A stretch of DNA of 64,000 nucleotides from a candidate division FCPU426 bacterium (GCA_963796105.1 CAWCKJ010000004.1:960001-1024000), one strand, 5' to 3'; numbered from the stretch's first letter, positions 21,325 through 31,890 are shown. Notes: generated by a model from the sequence alone, not told the origin. Translations and numbers: made by a program.

Positions 21325-22736
21325 CACTGCTGTCCTAGATAAACCTATTTGTCTTTGAACCTCCCAGGAAAACAAGCGATTTAGGACAGGCTCGTGAATT
21401 TTCTGGGATAAGCCCCCCTCTTTCGTCCTGATGCTGTCCAAATTAAGAATGTATTAATTCCATCTGCTTTTCCAAGGGTTCCAGTCTCGCCACTAGGAAC
21501 GGTGCATCCAACCAGGCCCACAAATCACGATAGGTCAACAGGTTCATCCGTAGCATGGCAGCCAAGTGGGATAAACTCCAGGCGATCCGGCTCTTCAATT
21601 GAAGGAACTTCAACAGTAGCATGGCAATCAATGCTGTCCAAATCTGCGTCTGAACGGCATTCTCAGTGGTACCCACAAAAGTTTTTACCCGGAGGTTCTG
21701 CTTGAGAGCCTTGAAAAACAACTCGATCTGCCAACGTTCCTTGTAAATGGCACCCACCGTCGAGGCGGCAAAACCCATGTGGTTGGTCAGGAACACCAAC
21801 TCCCGCTTCTGGTCTTCGTCCCATACCACCACCCGTCGCATCTCTTTAGGGTAGGCTTCATGTGACCGAAACGTCGTCAACCGTATCACCTGGTCCTTCA
21901 GGACGTTGCCCGTTTTCGGAACCGTCAGGCTTTTCACCACCTCGTAGGCCATGTTGATCTTGGCCCGGGTCACCCACCACACGCCTTGGAATGTCCATCG
22001 GGCCAGAAGAAAGAAATCCACATACCCCCGATCCATCACCACGATTGAATCCACTGGAAAATCGAGCTTTTGGGCCACCTTCACGTCATGCGTGCCTCCC
22101 TCCGTTACGAGTCCCCAGCAGGGCAAGTACCCCTGATGGTCCAGCAGAAGATGGAGTTTGATGGCCCCTTTGGTTCTACGGAATTTCGCCCAGTCGAACA
22201 CTGACAAACAAAGGTCGATGGTGCTGGAATCCAGGCTATAAAGAGGATTTTTAAACCTGAATTTTCTTTTTGAGGTGGCCGCCAACAACTGGCACTTCGA
22301 TAATAAATGGTAAAAAAGCTTTTGTTGAACCCGCCAAGAACGCTTGGTGTTGGCATAGGCCAAGGTGGATTTAGTGGGAGCTTTGCAAAGACCCAAGTGG
22401 GTCAATTTCCCAAGGGCCGTACTGAGGCCGCCACAGATTTCCCTCAAGGAATGGGCTGCTCCCATCTGGCAGAAAAGCATGGAAACAAACTGATCCCAGC
22501 AACTGAATCCCTTGGAGTGCTTTTCGGCTTCAATCTCTCGCACGATTCGCTCAAAAGCGGTTCGGTCTACGAGTTTCAACACTTGGGCAAATAGACTGGT
22601 TGGTGGTACCATAAAAAAGCGCCTCCGTATGTTTGAAGTAGCGACGGCTGGTAACCGTTGCTTTGGGCTGTCATCAAACCCAATTCTACTTCAATCGGAG
22701 GCGTCTTTTTTTAGGCCTTTATTTAGGACAAGAGTG
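21325..22736 (-). mobile_element. IS4-family element, copy 1 (1412 bp)
   Basis: IR CACTGCTGTCCTAGATAAA / CACTCTTGTCCTAAATAAA; 9-bp TSD ACAATAATT (21316-24, 22737-45). Confidence 0.95.
21443..22612 (-). CDS. IS4-family transposase (DUF4372 + DDE)
   Basis: FSCWDQFVSMLFCQ, LDSSTIDL, VMDRGY, YKERWQIELFFK (YREK motif). Confidence 0.95.
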   Translation of the reverse strand: MVPPTSLFAQVLKLVDRTAFERIVREIEAEKHSKGFSCWDQFVSMLFCQMGAAHSLREICGGLSTALGKLTHLGLCKAPTKSTLAYANTKRSWRVQQKLFYHLLSKCQLLAATSKRKFRFKNPLYSLDSSTIDLCLSVFDWAKFRRTKGAIKLHLLLDHQGYLPCWGLVTEGGTHDVKVAQKLDFPVDSIVVMDRGYVDFFLLARWTFQGVWWVTRAKINMAYEVVKSLTVPKTGNVLKDQVIRLTTFRSHEAYPKEMRRVVVWDEDQKRELVFLTNHMGFAASTVGAIYKERWQIELFFKALKQNLRVKTFVGTTENAVQTQIWTALIAMLLLKFLQLKSRIAWSLSHLAAMLRMNLLTYRDLWAWLDAPFLVARLEPLEKQMELIHS

Positions 22737-23885
22737 ACAATAATTAAAAAATTCCAAAATATCTCTTGGCCTATTTAATGTCATCCTACCCAGATATTCA
22801 TCAATTGGGATTTTTACGATATGTTTTGGAAATATATCTATCCATGAAACATCACTTTTTTTATATCTATGACTTATAAGTTTTCTTATTCTTAATTCCA
22901 ATAATTCTAATAGTTGTTTATCTGACCAGCGGATATTTAGAAAAAAACTTCTATATTTTTCTTCTTGAAAACCAACTTCTCGGGTTAATCTAATAACCCT
23001 TTCCAGTAAATCTTGTCTTAAAGCAATAATTACTTTTAAGCCAGGGACCCGTGAAAAATCACGTGCATTTTCTATCAATGCTTTTATTAGTTTAAATCTT
23101 AATTTGTCATCAACCCAATCCTCATCTAACTTATCAATAACAACAAAGTGTCTTGGCAAACAGTCATTGAAATATTCATCCGTTAATATTTGAACTACTT
23201 CATTTAATTCGGCAATTTGGATCTGATCGATAACTTTTTGGGCTTTATGAAGAACTTCAGATTTAGTTTCTACCGCAAAAGAATTTTGAGCTTCTATTGA
23301 AGTTTTTAGTTTTGATAATTCAGCGCCTATTTTTGAGTTAATATCTGATTCTAATTTTTCCGTTACTTCTTTTACACGATGCTCTGTTGTTTGCCAAAAT
23401 GATTCACCCCATTGGCGTAAATAATCTAACGCTCTTTCTTTCTTTTTATCTTTTTTAAAAAGTAAAAGAAATGTCGATAAAAAATCATTTTGATCTTTCT
23501 CCGTTCGCATTTTAAATTTCATTTTTATCATTTCGACACAAATAATATGTTTCCATAATAATTTATAAAATAAACTTAAATTCACACCTATTGATTCTAA
23601 AGTCTGCAAAAATTCAGAATCGGCTAAATATCTAAATGAAAGTTCATCTGGATTTAATAATACGGTGAAATGTTCTCTTTGGTTCAATTCTATTAATAAT
23701 GCGGATTTACCAACACCGGTTCTTCCAACAACGATACATTTGTTATCAGAACAATTTATAAGTGTTTGAATATCACCATTATCATAAAAGCAATTTAAGA
23801 GAAATTCTTTATCATCTTCAGCTGCGGCTGCGCCGACACTATCATATTTATTAAACTTAAATTTATCTTTCCGATTTGATGACAT
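22737..23885 (-). pseudogene. 5' part of P-loop ATPase (Sll1717/FunZ-like), interrupted by IS4
   Basis: GAAAAEDD, Walker A GRTGVGKS, Walker B VVIDKLDE, RPRD; rejoins 21315 in frame giving ~546 aa. Confidence 0.85.
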
Positions 23886-23939
23886 TACTTAACTCATTTC
23901 ATTAATTAAGAGAAATTATTTTATACTATTTTAAACTCG

Positions 23940-24925
23940 CATGCTTCTGTATTAAGTGACCCTTGAAATAAAGGAATACATAGGTATACTGTCCGCTACG
24001 GGAGGTGGTACATGAGCTACCAGCGGATGAAAAGCATTAAAATTCTGAGGAAAATCCACACGGAAGAAGAAGCCCGCCAATGGGTGTGGAGATGCCGTTT
24101 CGGCGGGAAAGACTTTGTTTGTCCCCAATGTGAGGGCGAAAGCTTCTGGCAACACCAGGCCAAGCCTGAAGTGAGGGAATGTGACTATTGCCGGAAACGT
24201 CTTCGGCTTCGCGCCGGGACGATTTTTGAAAGCTCCAAGCTGCCTCTTTTAACCTGGGTCAGGGCCATCAGTTTGATGATGCAGGGCAAACGGGGTATTT
24301 CGGCCCTGGAACTGAAGCGGCATTTAAATCTTTCGGATCATTCGGCATGGCTTCTATTGCATAAGATCCGGGAAGGTCTTAGGCAAAAGGACGAAAGCTA
24401 TACTCTAAAGGGCGTCATTGAGTTGGATGGGGCGGTTTTTGGGAAAAAGGCCAAGGAAAACCAAGTGGAAGTCTTGGTGGCGGTGGAAAGCAAGGAATGG
24501 GTGGATGAGAATGGTTGCAAGAAGGAAAAAGCGGGTTTTGCCAAGGTGAAGGTAGCTATGGAAACCAAGTGGGAGAGCCAGGAATTCGTGAATCAGACTA
24601 TGGAAAAAGGCTCTTTCCTCAACACAGATGCTTCGCCAGCCTTGCGTGAACTCAAAGGAGTGGAGGCAGACTACCGGGTGATGGCCAATGACCCGAAAGA
24701 GTTGGAAAGTTGGTTGCCCTGGGTACACCGGTTCATTTCCAACGCCAAGGCCTGGATCATTGGAACTCATCATGGCGTTGATGCTAAGTATTTAGGCCGG
24801 TATCTAAGTGAATATGCCTATCGGTTCAACCGTCGTCATGATCCCGATTCCTTATTTCACCGTGCTTTGACCGCATGTGCCTTAGCAAAACCCATTACAG
24901 CACGGTCACTTTGTGCATAAGCATA
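23940..24925 (+). mobile_element. IS1595-family element (986 bp)
   Basis: IR ATGCTTCTGTATTAAGTGACC / ATGCTTATGCACAAAGTGACC; 8-bp TSD TAAACTCG (23932-39, 24926-33). Confidence 0.92.
24012..24920 (+). CDS. IS1595-family transposase
   Basis: Zn ribbon CPQC..CDYC, GTIFE, IELDG, GTHHGV..YLSEYAYRFNRR. Confidence 0.93.
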   Translation: MSYQRMKSIKILRKIHTEEEARQWVWRCRFGGKDFVCPQCEGESFWQHQAKPEVRECDYCRKRLRLRAGTIFESSKLPLLTWVRAISLMMQGKRGISALELKRHLNLSDHSAWLLLHKIREGLRQKDESYTLKGVIELDGAVFGKKAKENQVEVLVAVESKEWVDENGCKKEKAGFAKVKVAMETKWESQEFVNQTMEKGSFLNTDASPALRELKGVEADYRVMANDPKELESWLPWVHRFISNAKAWIIGTHHGVDAKYLGRYLSEYAYRFNRRHDPDSLFHRALTACALAKPITARSLCA

Positions 24926-25135
24926 TAAACTCGAGAATATTTTGACTTGAAAGTCTCTTTAACAGCTACGAATAAATACTTTGACTCACTTATAATAGTG
25001 TAAAAATAAAACATATTCCTGAATTCTAAATTAGGCAATGACTCTTTGAAGTAGTAACTCAAAATTAGGAATTTCTGAGAATTCGGTGGGCAAAACAGGT
25101 AAAAAGGGAACGTTTTTGTGCAAAAAATCAGGTTT

Positions 25136-25240
25136 CACCACATGCCAGCCATCAGTGAAGCTTTTAAAGAGGCTGGTATAGTACCGATTTCATTAACTGT
25201 TTTATGGTAAATCGGCACAGGGACTCAGAGTCTCAGCTAA
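25136..25240. repeat. Double-hairpin element, copy 3 (inverted relative to copies 1 and 2)
   Basis: Same stems and tail as copy 1 with different loop sequences. Confidence 0.85.
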
Positions 25241-25310
25241 AAACCACAAAACTATTGGGTAAAGGCGTAAAAAACAACTCCGAAGAATTACAAACAAAAT
25301 CCGATTCCCT

Positions 25311-25402
25311 CACATGGCGACTTTCTAAATAAGCCAATTGAAACGGTATAGTCCCACATGTCTTTTCTGACTTATGGAAATGTGGGACAGGGTCTCAGTT
25401 AA
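25311..25402. repeat. Double-hairpin element, copy 4 (diverged, compensatory stem changes)
   Basis: CACATG..GGTATAGT-CCCACAT..ATGTGGG-ACAGGG-TCTCAGTTAA scaffold, 172 bp after copy 3. Confidence 0.7.
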
Positions 25403-25482
25403 GAAAATACCTAAAATTCATGGGGTATAAGCTTCAAAAGAACATTGATGAGGAAAAAATCCGTTTTAGGCACAGAAAACTC

Positions 25483-26643
25483 TCAGTTGGTCACCTGACA
25501 TCCTGCGGTTTTTAACGCGGGTATTTGGGTGTTGGTGGCCGCCGCGCTCAAGGGGTTACCTGTCACGAAGATTTGGGCGGCGTTCGGCCCCAGGCCGGTG
25601 TTGGAAACCAAAGCGGACAAATCGGTTATTAGATTGGACGACAAAACCAGCCAATTGAGTTTTGTAAGGCCGGACAAAACCGTAATGACGCTGATTTGGT
25701 TTGAACTCAAATCCAGCGACGTAAGCTGCGTCAGGGTGGATAAAGGGGAGATATTGTTGATGAGGTTGCCGTCCAAACGCAGGAAGGTCAGGTTGGTCAG
25801 GGTGGATAACGGTGAAAGATTGCTGATTTGGTTGTTGGACAGGAATAGATTGACCAACTGGGTCATCCCGGATATGGGGGAGAGATCGCTGATTTGATTG
25901 GAATAGACATAAAGGCTGGTGAGGTTCGTCATAAAAGATACCGGGGAGAGGTCGCTGATTTGATTATTGTCCACATCGATAAAAGCGAGGTTCGTCAAGC
26001 CGGATAAGGGTGTAATGCTGTTGATTTGGCAGCCCCCCATATAAAGTTGGGTAAGGTTTGTCAGGCCGGATAAGGCCGTGACGGAGCCGATGGGATTGGC
26101 AGTCAAGGTCAGATGTGTCAGGGCCGTCAGGTTCTTGATCGGTGTGAGGTCGGTGATCGAATTGCTATAAAAACTAAGCGATGTCACCCCGGAACAATAT
26201 TGAAGGCCCTCCAGGCTCGTGATGCCTTGGCTGTCGCCGTTCAAATTCTTGAGGGTGGCCAATTGGCAGTCCGTAATCTGGTTGGAAGAAGTGGCCAGAG
26301 CCAGTTTGATGACGTTCAGGAGGTTGGAGTCCGGGATAGTGACGGTCACGCACGTTGTCGGGGTCGCCGTCGGGCTGTGGGTGATAGTCGGGGTTGAAGT
26401 GATTGTCGGCGTAGCTGAAAGCGTAGCTGTGGGGGACGAAGTGGGAGTCATTGAAAACGTCGGGGTTTTGGTTTGTGTCGGCGTCAAAGTGACGGTCGGT
26501 GAGTTGGTCGCCGTGGAAGTGTGGGTCGGTGATGCGTTGCCCGGGGGCTGGGTGGGGGTGGAACTGTTACTACTGCAGGAACTAAACAGGACCGCCGTGA
26601 CGGGGATAAAAAAAACAAAGAACCAAATGGTTTTAGACCTCAT
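25483..26643 (-). CDS. Internalin-like leucine-rich-repeat lipoprotein with TP linker
   Basis: FSSC lipobox, TP linker, IPDSNL cap, 22-aa repeats NQISDLSPLS.LTNL. Confidence 0.9.
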   Translation of the reverse strand: MRSKTIWFFVFFIPVTAVLFSSCSSNSSTPTQPPGNASPTHTSTATNSPTVTLTPTQTKTPTFSMTPTSSPTATLSATPTITSTPTITHSPTATPTTCVTVTIPDSNLLNVIKLALATSSNQITDCQLATLKNLNGDSQGITSLEGLQYCSGVTSLSFYSNSITDLTPIKNLTALTHLTLTANPIGSVTALSGLTNLTQLYMGGCQINSITPLSGLTNLAFIDVDNNQISDLSPVSFMTNLTSLYVYSNQISDLSPISGMTQLVNLFLSNNQISNLSPLSTLTNLTFLRLDGNLINNISPLSTLTQLTSLDLSSNQISVITVLSGLTKLNWLVLSSNLITDLSALVSNTGLGPNAAQIFVTGNPLSAAATNTQIPALKTAGCQVTN

Positions 26644-26785
26644 AGCAGCCCCCTTAAATATGTACGGCCCGTATTTTCAGCTTTGAAACATTATCCATGA
26701 CCAGTCTAAATTCCGATATATCAAAATTTTTATGTGGTTTTCGGAATTTTGGAAAATCAAACGTTTTTCCACCTTCGCGGAAAAC

Positions 26786-26840
26786 CCCGGCTTTGCCTTA
26801 TGCTAAATCTTCAGGTGACAGGTTCACCCTACGCTAAAGC
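26786..26840. repeat. Two tandem CCTACGCTAAAGCTTCGG-type REP-like units
   Basis: ccttatgctaaatcttcaggtgac and cctacgctaaagcttcgggtgac; degenerate relative near 49905. Confidence 0.5.
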
Positions 26841-27007
26841 TTCGGGTGACTGGCCAGAAATGTCAGCACTCAGAAGTAACAGGAACTGATACGGTGGATT
26901 TCGCGAGAAAAGAGGCTTCATCAGCAAATCAGGCTAAAGATTCGTAGGATTAGGCAAGTAAATTTACACCCCCTTTCCTACCATTCTCCCATGACGCGGA
27001 GTTAATA

Positions 27008-28651
27008 CCTGAATTTTGCACCGAGTTTACCGATTCCGTGGCCAGATCGGCCTGAATCGGGACCCGACAGTGGCCATTTTCATCAGAAGTGAACTTATGT
27101 GCAAAGAATTTTTTGCACCAAGCCACTTCTAGGCCGCCCTGGGTCTTTCCAATCGTTTTCGATCAAGGTATTTGAGGAAACCCAATAGGCCCGCTGTCCT
27201 ATCATCATGGATTGAATACCTCACCACATCCCGATGGCCGTGATACTGGATTCGGGCGGCTACAAAGAGCATCTTCAAACGTGCGATCCGAAGGGTATGG
27301 TCCGGCATGGTGATCTGTTCCTTCTCCTGTGGCTTCTTTCCCGGTCGCTTTTCTTTTCCACAATGGCCCACCATTAGTTTCATCCACCTCCAGAGGTTGT
27401 AAGCCAGCATCACGATCTGGAAAAAAGCATGGTGGCTTTGGAAACTCTTAGAGGGAATTGCTAATAACCCCTCCCGTTGCGCCTCACCAATCAGGTTTTC
27501 CACATCCGCGCGCAGGTCGTATTCCTCAACCACCCGATGGGGTGCTCCCAGACAGTTGGTCGCGAAGATTCGGTAGACATATCCTTCCATTTCAGGAAGG
27601 CTCAATTGTTTCTCCCGCGCTTTTTCATCCAGCGTCCTCATCGCCACAAACCGGACTGGTTGTTGCCAGCCTATGGGTTGATGGACACATTCGTTGTATT
27701 CGTGTTCTCCATGGCGGTACCAACCCTTTTTCGTGAAAGGCGGGTCATGCCGCTTGTTCCCGAAGATGAAAGAAAACCCTTCTTTTTCACAGGCTTTCAC
27801 GCTTTCCCAGCCGATCATTTCACCGTCACCGCGCACCAGAATCGTCCGGACACAGGACGGCAAGAGTCGCCGGAATTGTCTAATTTGGCGGGCCACTTCC
27901 TCAGAACTAAGGGTGGTTCCGCGTCTTTGGGTTCCGCACAAATATTCCCGGGTTTCCTGGAGAAAACACAGAATGGGCCTCAGTCCCTTCTTGCCCCGGT
28001 GCTTGGGGTTGTATCCTTTTCGGCTTCCCTCGATATTTCCGTAGACCGTTGCGGTGGTGGTATCGATGTTGATCTCCACCTTCTTGGGGGCATATTTCAC
28101 CTGTCCCCAAACCTTGGCCCGTAACGCCCCACTCAGATTCAGCAACGATGCCGACTGCCCGATCCCCAGCGACCTCAGGTATCTCCAAAAAGTTGTCACT
28201 ACCGGCAACAAGGGAACCCGCAGTAAACCGCACAGCATGACCTCACCCCGCAGGTAGGCAAAATGGCCAAGTCTTTGGAACCCGATGAAAAGAAGCATTA
28301 GGATGCCGCTTACCATCCGGTAGTGGCCCAAATTCGGAAGGCGTTTAGGTGCGGCATAGTGTTTTTTGAATTCCCGCTCAAAATCAAGAAGGTCGAACAT
28401 CTTCGCCAATGCCAACAATCCGCCAAAAGCTGTTAGGCGGTCTTCGCAAATACCTACGGGAGTATTGGCCGTAATCTTGGGCGCGATTCTCCCGTTTCGA
28501 TTGGCTTTTTTCTGGACTTGCGGGTTTGATTTCTGAGGCGTATCTTGACGTTTCACCATCTGGGGGACCCTCTTTTAGGATGAGTTGGCTTCGCAACCCT
28601 TATCCTATAATGGTTTCCTAGATGGTTTTTTTATTAGGCGCAAAATTCAGG
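27008..28651 (-). mobile_element. IS1380-family element (1644 bp)
   Basis: IR CCTGAATTTTGC...GCAAAATTCAGG; 5-bp TSD TAATA (27003-07, 28652-56). Confidence 0.92.
27129..28559 (-). CDS. IS1380-family transposase
   Basis: LTAFGGL, INIDTT..YGNIEG..GYNP, VRGDG, YDLRADVENLIGE, LAYNL. Confidence 0.9.
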   Translation of the reverse strand: MVKRQDTPQKSNPQVQKKANRNGRIAPKITANTPVGICEDRLTAFGGLLALAKMFDLLDFEREFKKHYAAPKRLPNLGHYRMVSGILMLLFIGFQRLGHFAYLRGEVMLCGLLRVPLLPVVTTFWRYLRSLGIGQSASLLNLSGALRAKVWGQVKYAPKKVEINIDTTTATVYGNIEGSRKGYNPKHRGKKGLRPILCFLQETREYLCGTQRRGTTLSSEEVARQIRQFRRLLPSCVRTILVRGDGEMIGWESVKACEKEGFSFIFGNKRHDPPFTKKGWYRHGEHEYNECVHQPIGWQQPVRFVAMRTLDEKAREKQLSLPEMEGYVYRIFATNCLGAPHRVVEEYDLRADVENLIGEAQREGLLAIPSKSFQSHHAFFQIVMLAYNLWRWMKLMVGHCGKEKRPGKKPQEKEQITMPDHTLRIARLKMLFVAARIQYHGHRDVVRYSIHDDRTAGLLGFLKYLDRKRLERPRAA

Positions 28652-28809
28652 TAATAATTAAAACCATAACGAAAAAGGGGTGATTTCTTTCATGTTTTAA
28701 AAAGAGACCGGATAGATTTTGTCCAATAGGGAAGCGAAGTGGTAAAATTCACCCATGATTTGGCCGTTGTGAAAAAGAGTCGTTCTTTAATTCGGAAGGA
28801 ATAATATCC

Positions 28810-30492
28810 ATGAGATCCGCCAAATTGGTTTTTGGAATTCCCCTTTTATTTTTGGTCCTCTGGGCCCTCAACCCCGCGGCCTGCTCGAACAAGAAGAACC
28901 CTACGTCTCCCAATGATGTAACTCCTGTCACCTGCCCCTTCCCTGGGCAGGCTGGCAACACCCAGGCTGGTGTGAGCCTGTTCGCGAACGGCGCCGGGTT
29001 CCTGGTGGCCAGCCAGATCGGCCTTACCCAATACGCCGCTATCCAAAGTCTCTCGGTCTATCTCGGGAACAACCCCACCCAGCAGATCCAACTGGCCCTT
29101 TACTCGGATAACGGGGGAGCCCCCGGCACCTTGGTGGTGGCAGCCCCAGCCCAGGCCGCCGTCACTGGATGGAACGAATGTGTTGTTTCACCTGTCACTT
29201 TGATTCCCGGTACCTATTGGATCGCCTGCCAGGTCCAATCCTCCACCCAGGCGGCCTATAAATCCGGGGGTTCCTCGTATTATGTGTCCTATTCATGGGG
29301 TGGGTTCCCGGCCAATTATCCCACCGGGGGAATCACGGTGGCCGATACCTTGTCTCTTTATGCCAGTTACTGCGTGCAAAACACGCCAACCTTCACCTTG
29401 ACCCCCACGAATACCGGGACCTTCACTTTCACTCCCACATCCACGCCGACTCCCACGAATACCAAAACTTTCACCCCAACCTATTCGTTCACATACACTT
29501 TCACTGGGTCCAATACCCCCACCATAACTCCCACCTTTACGAAGACCAACACCCCCACCCAGACTTATACGTTCACGAATACCTACACCCCCACCAATAC
29601 CTTCACCCCTACTCGGACTTACACCCCGACGAACACCCCCACTATCACCAACACCTATACCCCGACTTTCACATCCACCAGCACCCCCACTCTCACCGCC
29701 ACCCCGACGCCTATTCCCACCCTTCTTTCCTGGAGCGTCACCACGCCCTACGGGATTGCCGTTGACGTGAACGGCTACGTTTATGTGACCGACGAGACCG
29801 ACGAGAACGTCCAAAAGTTCACCTCCGCGGGGTCGCCTGTTACGCATTGGGGGGCCAGCGGCTCGGGGACCGGACAATTCTACGGGATTTGGGGGATCGC
29901 CGTGAATGCCGCGGGAACCACGGTTTATACCGCGGAATACATGGCCTCGAACGACCGGGTCCAGTATTTCGACCCCAACGGGACCTACCTCGGGAAATGG
30001 GGCGGGACTTATTTCGCGCCCCGGGGCGTGGCCGTGGCTTCGGGGGGAAACGTTTATGTGAGCGACGACGAAGACATCTATGAAGTAACCTCAACGGGAA
30101 ACCCCATCACCCAATGGTCCAATATGAACAATACTTACGGCATATGCGTCGACGGATCCTCGAACGTTTACGCGGCCGATTCAACGGGGGGGTCAAATAG
30201 CGAGGGAGCGATCATGAAATACACCGGCAGCGGCGCGCCGGTCACCCAATGGAATGAAATGGACCCCGTTGCCGTGGCGGCGGACGGGAACGGGAACATC
30301 TATGTCTCGGACTATGGCAACGGCAGTATCTTGAAATTTACCAACACAGGGACTTGGGTGAAGACCTATGGAAGTTTCGGTTCCGGGCCGGGACAGTTCA
30401 AGGGACCCATCGGCGTGGCCGTGAATTCGGCCGGAACCACCTGCTATGTCGCGGATACTTCCAATAACCGAGTGGTGGCTTTCGCCCCTTGA
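28810..30492 (+). CDS. Lipoprotein with beta-sandwich domain, TP linker and NHL-repeat beta-propeller
   Basis: PAAC lipobox; [40 protein letters not shown]. Confidence 0.85.
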   Translation: MRSAKLVFGIPLLFLVLWALNPAACSNKKNPTSPNDVTPVTCPFPGQAGNTQAGVSLFANGAGFLVASQIGLTQYAAIQSLSVYLGNNPTQQIQLALYSDNGGAPGTLVVAAPAQAAVTGWNECVVSPVTLIPGTYWIACQVQSSTQAAYKSGGSSYYVSYSWGGFPANYPTGGITVADTLSLYASYCVQNTPTFTLTPTNTGTFTFTPTSTPTPTNTKTFTPTYSFTYTFTGSNTPTITPTFTKTNTPTQTYTFTNTYTPTNTFTPTRTYTPTNTPTITNTYTPTFTSTSTPTLTATPTPIPTLLSWSVTTPYGIAVDVNGYVYVTDETDENVQKFTSAGSPVTHWGASGSGTGQFYGIWGIAVNAAGTTVYTAEYMASNDRVQYFDPNGTYLGKWGGTYFAPRGVAVASGGNVYVSDDEDIYEVTSTGNPITQWSNMNNTYGICVDGSSNVYAADSTGGSNSEGAIMKYTGSGAPVTQWNEMDPVAVAADGNGNIYVSDYGNGSILKFTNTGTWVKTYGSFGSGPGQFKGPIGVAVNSAGTTCYVADTSNNRVVAFAP

Positions 30493-30603
30493 ACCGGGCG
30501 CTTTCAGCCCGATTAGAACCTTTATTATCAACAGTCCACAAAGCAAGTCATGAGGGCCAATTGTCAGCTTTAAGAAAATTTTATAACCAATAAGGAGAGC
30601 GTC

Positions 30604-31890
30604 ATGAGAAAGCCGATCAAGCTTTTCACCTGCCTGCCGTTATTCGTTTTCGCGGGGACTCTGGGTCCGGTATTTGCTCAAACAAATGATCTCAATCTTC
30701 CGCCTCCCCCGCCGATGCCCGCGGCCCAATCGCCGGCCGCGGCGCCGGCCCCGAGATACGCGGCAGTAGCGACGGCGGTCCCGACGCCGGCCATTACTGG
30801 ACCCAAAGTCACGGTGGGCGGGATGGTGGACGCTTTTTACAGTTACAACTTCACCAACGCTTCCAACAACGTTCCCGGTGCCGGGAACGGAGGCGCTTAT
30901 TTTTACAGCCAAGCCGACGACAGTTTCGCGCTCGGCATGGCGGAAGCCGTATTTACCGCCACGCAGGGTGAGGGCAGCGCCCATTTGACCTTGGCGGATT
31001 TTCCCAACGGCGCGGTGGGAGGGCTCTCGACCCCCGGACTCGACGTTTTGCAGGCTTATGTTTCCTACAACCCGGGGGAATGGATGTTCAACGCCGGGCG
31101 GTTGGTCACCTGGATGGGGAACGAGGTAATTGAGAGCAAGAGCAATTGGAACTACACCCGCTCCCTGAGTTTCCAGTACGCCATCCCCTATTGGTACGAG
31201 GGCATCAGCGCGAATTACGCCCCCGTCTCCCAGTTCAATCTCAGCGGTTTCGTCGCGGACGGTTGGAACCACTCCGGCGACACCGCCTTCTACGATTGGG
31301 GGAAAACCTACGGCCTGCAGGCCAACATCAAGCCCAACGAGGAATGGGGCATCGTCTTGAACGGGATTGCGGGGCCAGGAGCCACCGCCGGCAGCGCCTC
31401 CGCCCAGGGAAACGCCCGTTATTCGGCGGAAGGCATCGTGACTTGGTCGCCCACCCCGGAATGGTCGCTGGCATTCGACGGGTTGTGGGGGGCCCAGGAC
31501 CTGCCGGATGGGGGAGTGACCTTGAAAAGCGCCGACGGTTCCTTGTCTTATTTGGCCTATAACCTGCCTTACTGGACCTTGGACTTCTATATCCGCTGCC
31601 AGGTGCAGAAGGACTGGGCCTTGGCCCTGCGTTTGGAGGAAGTCCAGGACAGCTTCAACCTGTTGCACATCTACGGGGCCGTAGCCGCGCGAGACGCCCT
31701 GGACATCGAGGCCCGCGAGGTGGCCTTCACGGTGGAGCATAATTTCACCCCCAATACCCTCATGAGGCTGGAAGTGCGTTATGACGACGCCCTGTCCGGA
31801 GGATCGGAATTGATTGATACGGCCGGCCCATTCGCGGCGGGAAGCCCCAGCCAGGTCACAGGAACCGCCGGCGCGGTCTTCAGTTTCTAA
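30604..31890 (+). CDS. Putative beta-barrel porin (BBP2/DUF1597-like)
   Basis: Signal peptide, GMVDAFYSYNF, GNEVIES.SNWNYTRS, LEVRYD, C-terminal Phe. Confidence 0.8.
   Translation: MRKPIKLFTCLPLFVFAGTLGPVFAQTNDLNLPPPPPMPAAQSPAAAPAPRYAAVATAVPTPAITGPKVTVGGMVDAFYSYNFTNASNNVPGAGNGGAYFYSQADDSFALGMAEAVFTATQGEGSAHLTLADFPNGAVGGLSTPGLDVLQAYVSYNPGEWMFNAGRLVTWMGNEVIESKSNWNYTRSLSFQYAIPYWYEGISANYAPVSQFNLSGFVADGWNHSGDTAFYDWGKTYGLQANIKPNEEWGIVLNGIAGPGATAGSASAQGNARYSAEGIVTWSPTPEWSLAFDGLWGAQDLPDGGVTLKSADGSLSYLAYNLPYWTLDFYIRCQVQKDWALALRLEEVQDSFNLLHIYGAVAARDALDIEAREVAFTVEHNFTPNTLMRLEVRYDDALSGGSELIDTAGPFAAGSPSQVTGTAGAVFSF

Noticed and set aside
22612..22712. Long hairpin before the IS4 transposase (similar one at 28555-28626 in IS1380) as a novel ncRNA
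   Set aside because: Lies inside the IS over the translation start; RBS-sequestering hairpins are a known IS control
20824..23885. Two separate genes of 205 aa and 388 aa
   Set aside because: They are halves of one gene; their extra termini are IS4 sequence
16308..25402. Integron attC sites or IS110 bridge RNA for the double-hairpin element
   Set aside because: No RYYYAAC/GTTRRRY boxes, mixed orientations, and no IntI or IS110 recombinase in the window
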